From contig JACPGJ010000004.1 in the NCBI GenBank assembly GCA_016182555.1, forward strand, positions 14,751 through 78,750: DNA of 64,000 bases, written 5' to 3'. This document shows positions 9,945 to 20,381 of the stretch, in pieces. Below the pieces are notes generated by a model. It was given only the letters and a program-made list of their open reading frames with translations. It was not told the origin of the DNA and searched no databases. How positions within the stretch are numbered: the stretch's first letter is position 1; each line of letters begins with the position of its first letter. A program made the position numbers and the translations under genes. The stretch comes from Candidatus Kerfeldbacteria bacterium. GTDB lineage: Bacteria; Patescibacteriota; Patescibacteriia; UBA9570; XYC2-FULL-38-9.

Positions 9945-12900
9945 TTAGTCGGCTTTCCGCTGCGTACTCGATTTGCTCACTTTGATCACGCCTTCCTCTT
10001 CCGAATATTCATTTGCCGTTTCTCGTGAATCATCTTGATCTCTGTCACGTGCCGCCGCCGCTCTTCCTCGTTCAGAGGTATCCACCGCTACACCCTGATC
10101 ATTCAACAACTCCACATCAAGACCTAATCCTTTCAACTCGCGCACCAACACATTAAATGATTCCGGCACATTCAATTTTTCAATTTCGTGTCCTTTAATG
10201 ACCGCTTCATACGCTTTTGAACGGCCAGGGACGTCGTCCGATTTAATCGTTAACATTTCTTGTAAAATATGAGCCGCGCCGTACGCTTCCAATGCCCACA
10301 CTTCCATTTCTCCAAAACGCTGGCCACCAAACTGCGCTTTACCACCTAATGGCTGCTGGGTCACCAGCGAGTATGGGCCAATCGAACGTTGGTGAATTTT
10401 ATCTTCCACCATGTGATTCAGTTTTAACATATAGGAATATCCACACATCACCGGCGACATGAATTTTTCACCCGTGCGGCCATCATGCAATTCAATTTTT
10501 CCAGCGCGCGGGAAACCAGCGCGCTCCAATTCTTCACGAATGGTTTCTGCCGGCACGCCATCAAACACCGGCGTTGCAACTTTGTAACCGAGCGCGTGCG
10601 CCGCCATACCCAAGTGGGCTTCAAGCACCTGGCCCAAGTTCATACGAGAAACGATACCGAGCGGGTTCAGCAACAAATCCACCGGCGTTCCATCAGCAAG
10701 AAATGGCATATCAGCAATAGGTACCACGCGAGAAATGACACCTTTATTTCCGTGACGACCAGCCATTTTGTCACCCACTTGAATTTTGCGTAATTGCGCA
10801 ATAGATACTTGAATGGTTTTAGTGACACCAGCCGGCAACTTGTCACCACTTTCTTTACTAAAAATTTTCACATCCACTACTTTGCCGTGTTCACCATGCG
10901 ACAAATACAGGGAAGAATCTTTCACATCTTTCGCTTTTTCGCCGAAGATCGCACGTAACAATTTTTCTTCCGCAGACAATTCGGTTTCTCCTTTTGGCGT
11001 AATTTTTCCAACAAGAATATCACCAGAAGATACTTGCGCACCAATGCGGATAATGCCGTCTTCGTCTAAATTCTTCAACTTCTCTTCCGAAACATTTGGA
11101 ATATCTCGTGTCACGACTTCTGGGCCCAGCTTTGTATCGCGTATATCCACAGAATAGTCTTCAATATGCACAGAGGTATAACGGTCATCTTGGACAATGC
11201 GTTCAGAAACTAAAATGGCGTCTTCGTAGTTACCACCTTCCCAGGGCATGTAGGCCACCAACACATTCTGTCCAAGCGCGAGTTCACCTTGGTCGGTGGA
11301 TGCACCGTCAGCAAGGACATCTCCTTTTTGAATTTTTTCTCCTTTTTCAACAATGGGGCGTTGGTTAATAGACGTGGAGGCGTTTGAACGCACAAATCGT
11401 TTCAAACGATATTCTTTCACGGTACCGCCATCTTCTTTGATGGTAATTTTATCTGCAGAAACAGCAGCAACACTTCCTCCTTCAGCGGCAACCACCACTT
11501 GCCCAGAATCTTTTGCGGCACGGTGTTCTACGCCAGTTCCAACAATCGGCGACTGTGGCACAATACACGGCACTGCCTGACGTTGCATGTTCGTTCCCAT
11601 CAATGCGCGCACCGCATCATCATGTTCCAAAAATGGAATCAACGCTGTTGAAATAGACACAATCTGCTTTGGCGACACATCCATATAATCAATCGTTTCG
11701 ACCGGCGCAATAATCGGTTTCATGTGTTGCCGTACTTCAGCGCGCTCTTTCACAAAATATCCCTGTTCATCAATCGGTGTTGTAGCGGCAGTCGTTGTCG
11801 TTTTTTCTTCCGTAAATGCGTCTAAATACACCACTTCTTTTGTGACACGCGGTTTCACTGGCACGGTAGCCAAATCGCTCATTTTCTTCACATGCTCTTT
11901 GCTCATTTTCTCTCCTGCTTTGACCACAACGTTCCCATTCACTTCAATATCTTTACGAGCAATCTCGCCTTCTGCGTCTTGTGGTTTTGGATCGTGGACG
12001 ACTTTACGGAAAGGGGTTTCAATAAATCCGAAATCATTAATGCGTGCAAATGAAGACAGGTGCCCTACTAAACCGATATTTGGTCCTTCTGGAGTCGCAA
12101 TCGGACAAATTCTGCCATAGTGAGTACGGTGCACATCGCGAACTTCAAAGCCAGCGCGTTCTCGTGTTAAACCACCGGGGCCCATCGCGCTTAAACGGCG
12201 TTTGTGTTCCAATTCTGCTAGTGGGTTTGTTTGGTCCATGAACTGCGACAACTGCGAAGACATGAAAAATTCTTTCACTGAACCAATCACCGGACGGGCA
12301 TTAATCAATTGGCCGGGAGTGAGCGTTTCAATATCTTTTGTCGACATACGATCTTTCACAATACGCTCCATGCGAGACAACCCAATACGGAATTTATTTT
12401 GCACCAATTCACCCACCGCACGAACACGACGGTTACCAAGATGGTCAATATCATCTGGTTCTTCTTGTGCGTTGTTCAAGCGAATCACTTCGCGAATAAT
12501 CGCCACTAAATCTTCACGACGTAATACACGTGTTTCCGGTGTATTCTCGATATCAAAACTAAACCGTTTGTTAATTTTGTAGCGACCAACGCGGCCAAAA
12601 TCATACCGATCAAAATTGAAGAACATCGCGTGAATCAAACTGCGTGCGTTATCGATCGTCGCCAAGTCCCCTGGGCGAATACGTTTATATACTTCTTTCA
12701 AGCCCTCTCCTTCAGATTTTGAAATATCTTTATCAATCGTTGCCTGAATGTATTGGTTATTTGGGTCAATATCAATATCTGTAAAGAGTGCGAGAATTTC
12801 CTCATCAGAGCCATACCCAAAGGCACGCAACAGCGCCGTTACCGCCACTTTACGTTTACGGTCAACTTTCACATAAATCACGTTATCGTGGTTTGTTTCA

Positions 12901-13430
12901 ATTTCTAGCCAGGCACCGCGGTTTGGAATAATTTTTGCACCATAGTACATGTTGCCTTTCAAAAATTCAGAAGTAAAAAAGACACCAGCAGAACGAATAA
13001 GCTGAGAAACAACCACGCGTTCGACACCGTTAATCACAAATGTTCCGCGGTCGGTCATGAGCGGGAAATCACCCAAAAATACCTCTTGTTCTTTTATTTC
13101 ATTCGTACGCTTGTTGACGAGTTTAGTATTCACACGCAACGCGGCTTCAAATGTGAGGTTCTTTTCACGCGCCGTTACTTCATCAAAACGGGGTTCGTCA
13201 AGATAATAATCTTGAAAAGAAAGCTCAAGGTCGCGACCAGTAAAATCTTGAATCGGCGAAATCTCTTCAAATAATTCTTTTAAGCCCTCTTTCAGGAACC
13301 AATCATAAGACGTTTTTTCAACCTCAATCAGGTCCGGCAACTGAGCTGCTTCATGGTTAGTGGTAAAGTACTTGCGCTGTCGCTTTGCTGTCGAGTTCGT
13401 GGATGGGGGTGTAGAAGATGTTTTCGGCAT
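9945..13430 (-). CDS. rpoB: DNA-directed RNA polymerase subunit beta
   Basis: The ORF is open from 13520. The likely start is the MPKTSS Met at 13430, by N-terminal alignment to RpoB (LPDLIEV...). Conserved regions are present throughout. Confidence 0.96.
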   Translation of the reverse strand: MPKTSSTPPSTNSTAKRQRKYFTTNHEAAQLPDLIEVEKTSYDWFLKEGLKELFEEISPIQDFTGRDLELSFQDYYLDEPRFDEVTAREKNLTFEAALRVNTKLVNKRTNEIKEQEVFLGDFPLMTDRGTFVINGVERVVVSQLIRSAGVFFTSEFLKGNMYYGAKIIPNRGAWLEIETNHDNVIYVKVDRKRKVAVTALLRAFGYGSDEEILALFTDIDIDPNNQYIQATIDKDISKSEGEGLKEVYKRIRPGDLATIDNARSLIHAMFFNFDRYDFGRVGRYKINKRFSFDIENTPETRVLRREDLVAIIREVIRLNNAQEEPDDIDHLGNRRVRAVGELVQNKFRIGLSRMERIVKDRMSTKDIETLTPGQLINARPVIGSVKEFFMSSQLSQFMDQTNPLAELEHKRRLSAMGPGGLTRERAGFEVRDVHRTHYGRICPIATPEGPNIGLVGHLSSFARINDFGFIETPFRKVVHDPKPQDAEGEIARKDIEVNGNVVVKAGEKMSKEHVKKMSDLATVPVKPRVTKEVVYLDAFTEEKTTTTAATTPIDEQGYFVKERAEVRQHMKPIIAPVETIDYMDVSPKQIVSISTALIPFLEHDDAVRALMGTNMQRQAVPCIVPQSPIVGTGVEHRAAKDSGQVVVAAEGGSVAAVSADKITIKEDGGTVKEYRLKRFVRSNASTSINQRPIVEKGEKIQKGDVLADGASTDQGELALGQNVLVAYMPWEGGNYEDAILVSERIVQDDRYTSVHIEDYSVDIRDTKLGPEVVTRDIPNVSEEKLKNLDEDGIIRIGAQVSSGDILVGKITPKGETELSAEEKLLRAIFGEKAKDVKDSSLYLSHGEHGKVVDVKIFSKESGDKLPAGVTKTIQVSIAQLRKIQVGDKMAGRHGNKGVISRVVPIADMPFLADGTPVDLLLNPLGIVSRMNLGQVLEAHLGMAAHALGYKVATPVFDGVPAETIREELERAGFPRAGKIELHDGRTGEKFMSPVMCGYSYMLKLNHMVEDKIHQRSIGPYSLVTQQPLGGKAQFGGQRFGEMEVWALEAYGAAHILQEMLTIKSDDVPGRSKAYEAVIKGHEIEKLNVPESFNVLVRELKGLGLDVELLNDQGVAVDTSERGRAAAARDRDQDDSRETANEYSEEEGVIKVSKSSTQRKAD

Positions 13431-13640
13431 AAGGCGTCGTAAATAATTACTCGTAAGATTGGCCCATTTTTCCTTTTTTCTGATAATTTCTAGAGAACAA
13501 AAAAGCCGCATGCTGCCCATCTCTTAGATCGAGGGAGGGAAACAAACGTCAGAAAAAAGCTACTCAATTATCGGCGGTGTTGTATATGGATGATAGACAC
13601 GGCGTTTTCGTTGAGGTGGGATTGTTTATGTATCAAGAGT

Positions 13641-13670
13641 AAATGTACGGATTTTTGCAGCAGCTGTCAA
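13641..13670 (-). promoter_or_regulatory. Candidate sigma70-type promoter for rpoBC (TTGACA-N17-TACATT on the minus strand); it would give a leader of about 200 nt
   Basis: Read from the reverse complement of the 13521-13820 intergenic region. A plus-strand TTGTCA-N17-TATAAA also lies at about 13686-13715. Confidence 0.3.
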
Positions 13671-13820
13671 GGGGATATGGGTTTTTTTGTCAATAGGTTT
13701 TTCCACATGTATAAATTTGGCTAATGACAGCCAAGAACGAAACAAAAAAAGTTTGCAACTATTTTTTCCACCGCGAGCATGCATGAGGGTTACCCACATT
13801 CTCCACAGTGTTATGCACAG

Positions 13821-14861
13821 CTACTCATCAAAGTGTTTTTCTATCAAATATATAGGAGTTTCATTCCTCCCTATATCTTCGAATGTTAGGAGGCCCTGTT
13901 CACCGCTGCGCATTTTCACATGTGTTCCAGAAAATGTTGGTACATTTACCGTGTTTTCATACGGATCTCCTATTGTAAGTTGAGTATAAAGATACCGGGC
14001 AAACTCTCGATTCAATCCTAATCGTCCGAAATGATCTTTTGCCTCAAAGAATGCCTCTGCGGTGACGGGTAACAACTGACGTGGTAATATCCTCGTCTCC
14101 GCGTGTTGCCTCTGGGCAGTGTATGTTGCTTCTGCTATTTCAATAAACGCCCCGCCAAAACGTGTTTGTGGAATACTTACTTCTTTATTTTTAACGGTTG
14201 AACGCAGCACAATCTCTGGAGCAAGTGAAAACTGCGACTCTTGCTCTGCGCTGCAAGTCAAACGAAGAACCACTGTGCCTTCCGGAGGACGATGAACCAA
14301 AAAACGACGCTCTTGAAGAAAATTCAATGCGCCAGGAATTGATTGTAATTTAGACGGTGTTGCTTCTATTACGTTCCACTCTTTAGCTGATGCAATAACC
14401 CCATCCAGTGAAGGAACAGATTGAATATCTTCTAAAAATTTATTCTGCATTGCTCCTAACCGATCCATCCAATAGTCATCTCTTTTTAAGCTATCCAATC
14501 GTTCTATCGCACGCTCAACTGTTTTCAGACCATCTCGAGCCTCCTGCGCAAGCACTGGAGGAAGTGTTTGCAGTTTTGTTCTCAATTCTTGCACCAAATG
14601 ATAAACGTTTTGCTGTGTTTCCTTATTTTGTGCAATAACATGCTGTATTTGTCCACTATCAATACCATAACGCTGATGTATCTTCGTACTTAAACTTGGG
14701 TACTGATCGAGATATTTAGCATATTGAGGCAGTTGCATTCTCAATGCTGCAACAAGATCTGGCAACGGTGTTTGTTCCAATAGCGGCCGCGCCTCTGTTT
14801 GTGGTTCGAATTCTCTCCTTATCATAAATAATGTATGAATATTTACCAATATATTATACAC
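13821..14861 (-). CDS. Hypothetical protein (coiled-coil rich)
   Basis: 346-aa ORF with host-like composition and no recognisable motif. Confidence 0.45.
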   Translation of the reverse strand: MYNILVNIHTLFMIRREFEPQTEARPLLEQTPLPDLVAALRMQLPQYAKYLDQYPSLSTKIHQRYGIDSGQIQHVIAQNKETQQNVYHLVQELRTKLQTLPPVLAQEARDGLKTVERAIERLDSLKRDDYWMDRLGAMQNKFLEDIQSVPSLDGVIASAKEWNVIEATPSKLQSIPGALNFLQERRFLVHRPPEGTVVLRLTCSAEQESQFSLAPEIVLRSTVKNKEVSIPQTRFGGAFIEIAEATYTAQRQHAETRILPRQLLPVTAEAFFEAKDHFGRLGLNREFARYLYTQLTIGDPYENTVNVPTFSGTHVKMRSGEQGLLTFEDIGRNETPIYLIEKHFDE

Positions 14862-14874
14862 ATAAACCGCCTAT

Positions 14875-16122
14875 TTACAAGGAATGTATAATTTCACGCA
14901 AAACCTGACGGTCATCCCAATCAATTTTGCGGCCACCGGATACACACATTTTTTGTTCTGCCCCTTTGCACGGAATAATCACGACGTCACCAGGCCCCGC
15001 CAATGCACAGGCTTTCTGTATTGCTTCACGCCGATCTACAATTTCCCACATATTTTCACCCAACATTTTTCCGCCAGCACGGGTTCCTTCTGCCACCGCA
15101 TTCATAATGGTCCGTGGGTCTTCATCATACGGGTCTTCATCCGTCACAATCACCACATCACAATACTTCGCGGCCACCGCACCATTTTTTTGGCGCCGCG
15201 CCACATCGCGACCGCCACCCGTAGAACTAATGAGCGTAATCAATTTTTTGCCGCCAGATGCCGCGGACAAACGTTTACGCCAAAACGCATACAATAATTC
15301 TAAACTGCGCGGTTCGTGCGCGTAGTCTACAATCACGGTAAATGGTTGGCCTGCATCAATAAATTCCATACGCCCCGGCACTTGTGGAATAGAAGGAAGT
15401 GACGAAATGATTTGTTCCAATGGCACACCAACAGCCAACGCCGCACCGGCCGCAACAATCGCATTACTCACATTCCACCGGCCAAGCAGCGGAATAGTGA
15501 CCGTGTGCCCATTCAGGTCAAACACCGTATGGTTCAATTCTTCTTGAATATGTCCAATAACTAAATCATTTCCGGCCGCATCTCCAATACGGATTTTTCG
15601 GTAGTCGCCGATAGCTGCAAATTCCTGCGCATATTCTGAATCCATATTGAAGATGCCCGCTTTCTCCACGGGTTTGCCAGCAATGTTTTTCACTGGCAAT
15701 TGCGCCAACCGACGAAATAATTCTAACTTTGCTGCTTTATATTCGCTAAACCCACCGTGCGCTTCCAAATGTTCAGGGGTTAAATTGGTAAACACCGCAA
15801 TGTCATAGGCAATACCAATGTGGCGCCATTGTTTAATTCCTTCCGACGTGGTTTCCACAATCGCAATATCACAACCCGCATCTGCCATGCGCTTGAGCCA
15901 AGCCTGCAGTTTAAAGCGCCCGAGCATGGTCATTTTGTATGTGGACAATTCTTCGTAGGAACCCACGCGATAATTTAATGTGCCGGTAAGACCCACGGTA
16001 TGTCCGGCATCGGTAAGCAATTTCCATAAAATATTACTGGTCGTCGATTTTCCTTTGGTGCCAGTCACACCAATAACTACCATACGTCGAGATGGGTGCC
16101 CATAGCGAACATCTGCGCACAT
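14875..16122 (-). CDS. Mur ligase family protein (MurE-like C-terminal motifs) with a short N-terminal domain; the start is uncertain
   Basis: P-loop GVTGTKGKSTT. LPLLGRWNVSNA, PGRMEFI, IVDYAHEP and an EDPR motif (compare MurE DNPR) are present. The ORF is open to 16365, but it overlaps MgtC (16206-16670) in another frame, so a start at or below about 16200 is likely. Possible starts are the Met at 16122, the Met at 16083, or an upstream GTG/TTG. Confidence 0.7.
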   Translation of the reverse strand: MCADVRYGHPSRRMVVIGVTGTKGKSTTSNILWKLLTDAGHTVGLTGTLNYRVGSYEELSTYKMTMLGRFKLQAWLKRMADAGCDIAIVETTSEGIKQWRHIGIAYDIAVFTNLTPEHLEAHGGFSEYKAAKLELFRRLAQLPVKNIAGKPVEKAGIFNMDSEYAQEFAAIGDYRKIRIGDAAGNDLVIGHIQEELNHTVFDLNGHTVTIPLLGRWNVSNAIVAAGAALAVGVPLEQIISSLPSIPQVPGRMEFIDAGQPFTVIVDYAHEPRSLELLYAFWRKRLSAASGGKKLITLISSTGGGRDVARRQKNGAVAAKYCDVVIVTDEDPYDEDPRTIMNAVAEGTRAGGKMLGENMWEIVDRREAIQKACALAGPGDVVIIPCKGAEQKMCVSGGRKIDWDDRQVLREIIHSL

Positions 16123-16205
16123 GGCAAGCAACCGATGGTAGGTGGACAACCACGAAGCCGGAATAATTTTTTTGAGTACCGCTTTCACAATAAATATGTT
16201 ACCGA

Positions 16206-16670
16206 CTATTTTGTGCTCTTTGTTTTCCTGGCAACGGCATCGGATTCTGATGCAGTAAATAATGGCCCAATGACATGTAAAAGAAGTGCGATGAAGGCCG
16301 TGCCAAAAATAGCGACCATATACCATTGCGTCGCCACCGCCATACCAATCGCGGCACATACCCATAACCCCGCTGCCGTCGTAAGACCACGTACGCGTTC
16401 ATTACGAAAAATAATGACCCCCGCGCCGATAAACCCAATACCGGTGACAACTTCGGACATAATACGAGACGGATCGATAATCATCGTGGGTGACGTGAAC
16501 TGAACCAGCGCATGTAAGGCGATGAGCGTGAACAATGCTGAACCAAATGCAACCAGTGCATGCGTGCGCACTCCCGCTTCTTTATGGTGCGTTTCTCGTT
16601 CAAATCCAATCACCCCACCCAATGCCGCTGCCAAGATTAACTGTCCTAATACAATGAATTGAATATTCAT
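16206..16670 (-). CDS. MgtC/SapB family membrane protein
   Basis: 154 aa. The N-terminal region GGVIGFERE...AGVRTHALVAFGSALF is the MgtC signature. Confidence 0.85.
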   Translation of the reverse strand: MNIQFIVLGQLILAAALGGVIGFERETHHKEAGVRTHALVAFGSALFTLIALHALVQFTSPTMIIDPSRIMSEVVTGIGFIGAGVIIFRNERVRGLTTAAGLWVCAAIGMAVATQWYMVAIFGTAFIALLLHVIGPLFTASESDAVARKTKSTK

Positions 16671-16756
16671 AATGCTATTGTATCATCTGGATCAATGAAA
16701 TTCCAGCAATTGAGAGAATACAAAATATAAAACAGGCGAATATGTAATATTTTTAT

Positions 16757-16803
16757 ATCATGAATACCAATATTTTGACAAATTTTTGTATTCATGATAC
16801 TAT
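16757..16803. promoter_or_regulatory. 11-bp perfect inverted repeat (ATCATGAATAC-N20-GTATTCATGAT) spanning a TTGACA-N17-TACTAT promoter; the downstream ATPase gene looks leaderless
   Basis: Seen in the divergent intergenic region between mgtC and the AAA_14 ATPase. The -10 element ends 6 nt before the ATG at 16810. Confidence 0.35.
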
Positions 16804-16809
16804 TTTTTT

Positions 16810-17934
16810 ATGTTAAAACGATTTTTTCAGCTAGAATCATTGGTAGAACCTGGGCAGGTGTTGGTTATTTATGGGCCGCGTCGCGTTGGGAAAACAACCC
16901 TCCTGCAAGAGTTTCTCTCTTTTACTTCGTTACGATATAAGAGAGATTCAGGGGATAATATTCGTGTGCAGCATATATTGAGTTCTCAAGATTTTCCCAC
17001 TATTTTAGAGTATGTTGAAGGATATCAATTATTAGCTATTGATGAAGCACAAACAATTCCCCATGTTGGAAAAGGATTGAAAATTATTGTAGACGAAAGA
17101 CCCGATATGATGGTTATTGCCACTGGTTCATCGTCATTTGATTTAGCCAATACTATTGGCGAGCCTCTCACTGGACGCAAACGAACAATTACCCTCTATC
17201 CGTTTGCACAGATGGAATTATTGAATATCTATAACCGTCATGAATTACGAGAGCGTCTACCTGAATTTTTAGTCTACGGTTCCTATCCTCAGGTGGTGAC
17301 CGCGCAAACGCATGAGAAAAAAATAATTATTCTGCAAGAGTTGGTTGATTCTTATATTTTGAAAGATATTTTGCAGATGGAAAAAGTGAAAGGATCAAAA
17401 ATATTATTAAATCTGTTAAAATTGTTGGCTTTTCAGGTTGGTCAGGAAGTGTCATATCATGAATTAGCAACGCAGCTGGGGATAAATGTAAAAACCGTAC
17501 AGCGATACATCGATTTATTTGAAAAAACATTTCTTATTACGCACCTGAGTGGATTTAGTCGAAATTTGCGAAAGGAAATAACCAAGAAAAATAAATATTA
17601 TTTTCTCGATAACGGTATACGCAACGCGATCATTGCGCAATTCAATTCTCTAGAAAATCGAAATGATGTAGGTGCTCTGTGGGAAAATTTTGTGGTCATG
17701 GAACGCATGAAAAAACGGAGCTATCACACACTCATTGCGAATGCGTATTTTTGGCGAACATATTCTGGGCAAGAGATTGATCTTATTGAGGAGCGCGGAG
17801 GACAGTTGTATGCGTATGAATGTAAGTGGGCACACAATAAAAATATTCGCCCACCAAAAGAATGGAGCCAAACGTATAAGCATACATCTTTTGAAGTGAT
17901 CACCCCGCAAAATTATCTGGATTTTATAACGTAA
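16810..17934 (+). CDS. ATP-binding protein of the AAA_14/DUF4143 family
   Basis: 374 aa. It has a Walker A motif (GPRRVGKTTLL) and Walker B (LLAIDEAQ). The C-terminus resembles DUF4143. Confidence 0.8.
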   Translation: MLKRFFQLESLVEPGQVLVIYGPRRVGKTTLLQEFLSFTSLRYKRDSGDNIRVQHILSSQDFPTILEYVEGYQLLAIDEAQTIPHVGKGLKIIVDERPDMMVIATGSSSFDLANTIGEPLTGRKRTITLYPFAQMELLNIYNRHELRERLPEFLVYGSYPQVVTAQTHEKKIIILQELVDSYILKDILQMEKVKGSKILLNLLKLLAFQVGQEVSYHELATQLGINVKTVQRYIDLFEKTFLITHLSGFSRNLRKEITKKNKYYFLDNGIRNAIIAQFNSLENRNDVGALWENFVVMERMKKRSYHTLIANAYFWRTYSGQEIDLIEERGGQLYAYECKWAHNKNIRPPKEWSQTYKHTSFEVITPQNYLDFIT

Positions 17935-17950
17935 AAATCCTATAGTAAAA

Positions 17951-18721
17951 TCAAGTGTAATGGGAATAGTGATTATCAGGGCAAAAATCCCACATGTATT
18001 TGAACCAGATACGGAAAGAGTCAGCAATCTGTTGATTCACAATCACGGTAAACGAAAAATCTTCATCATCAAATCCACCGATTTGGATATTTGAAATAAT
18101 ATTCACCTGATCACCAAATATATCAATCGCTCCACCTGGAGCAGAATATCCGTTGGGAAGAAATTTATAGTTTTTTGTGATATCTTTCAAAATCTCAGGT
18201 AGTTGATCTTGTACTTCCCAATCAAACAGGTGATAAAATTCAATGTTCTTTCGCTTTGCTTCTTTCAAAAATTGCGGGTAGAAATGTTTCACGCGTTCAT
18301 CGAGCCAGCCACCTTTTGCGGCAATAAAATACGCAGGCTCTCCAATACGCAACATATCACGCATATAGTTTTTCCATCCTTCTGGGCCTTTATAGATATA
18401 CACCTCATTTTCCTTTGGTGTTGCCCGATAGAGCTTCTGTAAATCAGGGAGTGATTTTTGCAATTCTGTTTCCTTTTCTTTGAGTAATTCCAATAGTTTA
18501 TCAGGATCAACCGGTTTGTAGTTGCTTTCTCCTTTTTGGAGAATAGGGAAGACTAAGCCTTTATCCATCATGCGATTGAGCACATCATAGATATTGCGAC
18601 GGTTAATATTGGTCTCTATCGCTATTTTACTCACAGTCGCTTCACCGAATTCCAACAGAGTCTCATAGATTTGAGCCTCGTTTTTTGATAAGCCTAAGTT
18701 TTGTAAAAGCTCTAAATACAT
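17951..18721 (-). CDS. TrmB family transcriptional regulator
   Basis: The N-terminal HTH (LGLSKNEAQIYETLLEFGEATVSKIAIETNINRRNIYDVLNRMMDKGLV) is typical of TrmB. A C-terminal effector domain follows. Confidence 0.7.
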   Translation of the reverse strand: MYLELLQNLGLSKNEAQIYETLLEFGEATVSKIAIETNINRRNIYDVLNRMMDKGLVFPILQKGESNYKPVDPDKLLELLKEKETELQKSLPDLQKLYRATPKENEVYIYKGPEGWKNYMRDMLRIGEPAYFIAAKGGWLDERVKHFYPQFLKEAKRKNIEFYHLFDWEVQDQLPEILKDITKNYKFLPNGYSAPGGAIDIFGDQVNIISNIQIGGFDDEDFSFTVIVNQQIADSFRIWFKYMWDFCPDNHYSHYT

Positions 18722-18827
18722 AGATTATTTTTATAGTGGTGGTATATACAACATCGCGGTGGTCTTTGCCACTCATAAATAAGCGTATACAATCTGAGCA
18801 GTTTAAGCAAATAAGTTATTCACAGAT

Positions 18828-20381
18828 ATGAATCAGCTTCTCACTCTGACTACCAAGCAAGGATACCTACTCTTGGTTGCCTACGGACTATTCATGATTG
18901 TCATTACGTATTTTTTTGCTCGCTGGAAGCGATATCGAAGTATTCAAGGTTTTTTGGTTGCTGAGCGTAATATAAGTTGGTGGCTTGGTGCAACCAGTAT
19001 TGCTGCATCATGGATTTGGGCACCTGCATTATTTATCTCTGTACAAATGGCCTATCAAAAAGGGTTGGCTGGAATTTTTTGGTTTACGTTTCCGAATATC
19101 ATTGCTTTGCTGCTCTATATTTTTCTTGCCCCAAAAATTCGTGAAAAATTGCCGTACGGATATACACTCCCACAGTGGATTCGCTATCGATTACAAAGTG
19201 AACGAGTTCATAAAATATATCTATTTCCCTATTTCTTTTATCAATTGATGGCTGTAACAGTACAGTTATATGCAGGCGGGAGCCTTGTTGCATTGCTTAC
19301 AGGGATTCCATTGATCCATGCCATGCTGATTATGGCTATCACCGTGTTGATCTATGCATTAATCTCTGGTTTGGAGTCATCCTTTGTAACAGATTTTATA
19401 CAATTCATTCTCATTGTTATTGGTGTAGGAGTTGTGGTTCCATGGGCGATTCATAGTGCTGGTGGATGGGCGCAAGTAACTCAAGGGTTTGGGGGGATAA
19501 CTGGTGAATTTGGAAATATTTTTGATTCCTCAGTAGCGTTTTCATTTGGAATTGTCACAGCTATTGGGTTAATTTCAGGAGCTATTTCAGATCAACAATA
19601 TTGGCAAAGAGCTTTTGCCATCAAAAAAGAAAATCTTGTCCCTTCATTTGTCTTTGGAGCAATAATGTTTGGCATTGTACCAATAGCGCTATCAAGTTTA
19701 GGGTTTTTAGCCGCAAATCAACAACTTGGAATTCAACTTCCTGCAGGAGTAGATATTTCAATGATTGGAGTTGCAACAGTCAGTCACTTATTGCCTGTTG
19801 GTGCGATTGGATTATTTGTTATTATGCTCTTGAGTGCATTGTATTCGACACTCGATTCAGGAGTCGTTGCCACAAGTTCACTATATGTGACAGATGTAGT
19901 GAAATATACAGAGAAGGAACAAGAAATATTGAAAAAAATTGATCGAGACGAAAAACTTCCCCCAGAAGAAGCTGAGATCGGCAAGATGCTTGATGATCGA
20001 GGAGTGTGGCATTCACGAAAGGCCATGCTCATGATTACTATCCTTGGGTTTTTTGTTGCATTAACCACACAATATATTCCTGGGTTTGGATTGAAGCATT
20101 TGTGGTGGATATTTAATACCGTGGCAGCGTGTGTAGTAGTACCAACAGTACTCAGTTTATATTGGGAACGTTTAGATGCGCGTGGGGTATTTTGGGGAGT
20201 ACTGGTTGCTTTTATTATTGGAGTACCTCTTTTTGTGTATGGAAACATTATTGACAAGCCTTCGTGGATTGTTGGTGCATCAGTATTCATTATTGCTGTG
20301 AGTACAGGATTTTGTTTGGTGTTTTCTGCGGGGTGGTCGTTTTTTAATAAAACTAATACACCCAACCCGAAGCGACGGTGA
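18828..20381 (+). CDS. Sodium:solute symporter family (SSF) transporter
   Basis: 517 aa with 13-14 predicted TM helices. The sequence resembles SSF proteins (PutP/PanF-like). Confidence 0.75.
   Translation: MNQLLTLTTKQGYLLLVAYGLFMIVITYFFARWKRYRSIQGFLVAERNISWWLGATSIAASWIWAPALFISVQMAYQKGLAGIFWFTFPNIIALLLYIFLAPKIREKLPYGYTLPQWIRYRLQSERVHKIYLFPYFFYQLMAVTVQLYAGGSLVALLTGIPLIHAMLIMAITVLIYALISGLESSFVTDFIQFILIVIGVGVVVPWAIHSAGGWAQVTQGFGGITGEFGNIFDSSVAFSFGIVTAIGLISGAISDQQYWQRAFAIKKENLVPSFVFGAIMFGIVPIALSSLGFLAANQQLGIQLPAGVDISMIGVATVSHLLPVGAIGLFVIMLLSALYSTLDSGVVATSSLYVTDVVKYTEKEQEILKKIDRDEKLPPEEAEIGKMLDDRGVWHSRKAMLMITILGFFVALTTQYIPGFGLKHLWWIFNTVAACVVVPTVLSLYWERLDARGVFWGVLVAFIIGVPLFVYGNIIDKPSWIVGASVFIIAVSTGFCLVFSAGWSFFNKTNTPNPKRR

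Noticed and set aside
10485-12582. Plus-strand ORFs of 60-132 aa inside rpoB
   Set aside because: These are antisense shadow ORFs within rpoB.
13687-13983. 98-aa plus-strand ORF starting in the rpoB upstream region
   Set aside because: It overlaps the 3' end of the minus-strand 13821-14861 gene. Its composition is odd and it has no SD. A promoter-like element nearby is noted instead.
16122-16365. Extended N-terminus of the Mur ligase ORF
   Set aside because: It would overlap mgtC by about 160 nt on the same strand in a different frame. The extension is Cys/Trp-rich and unlike any Mur ligase N-domain.
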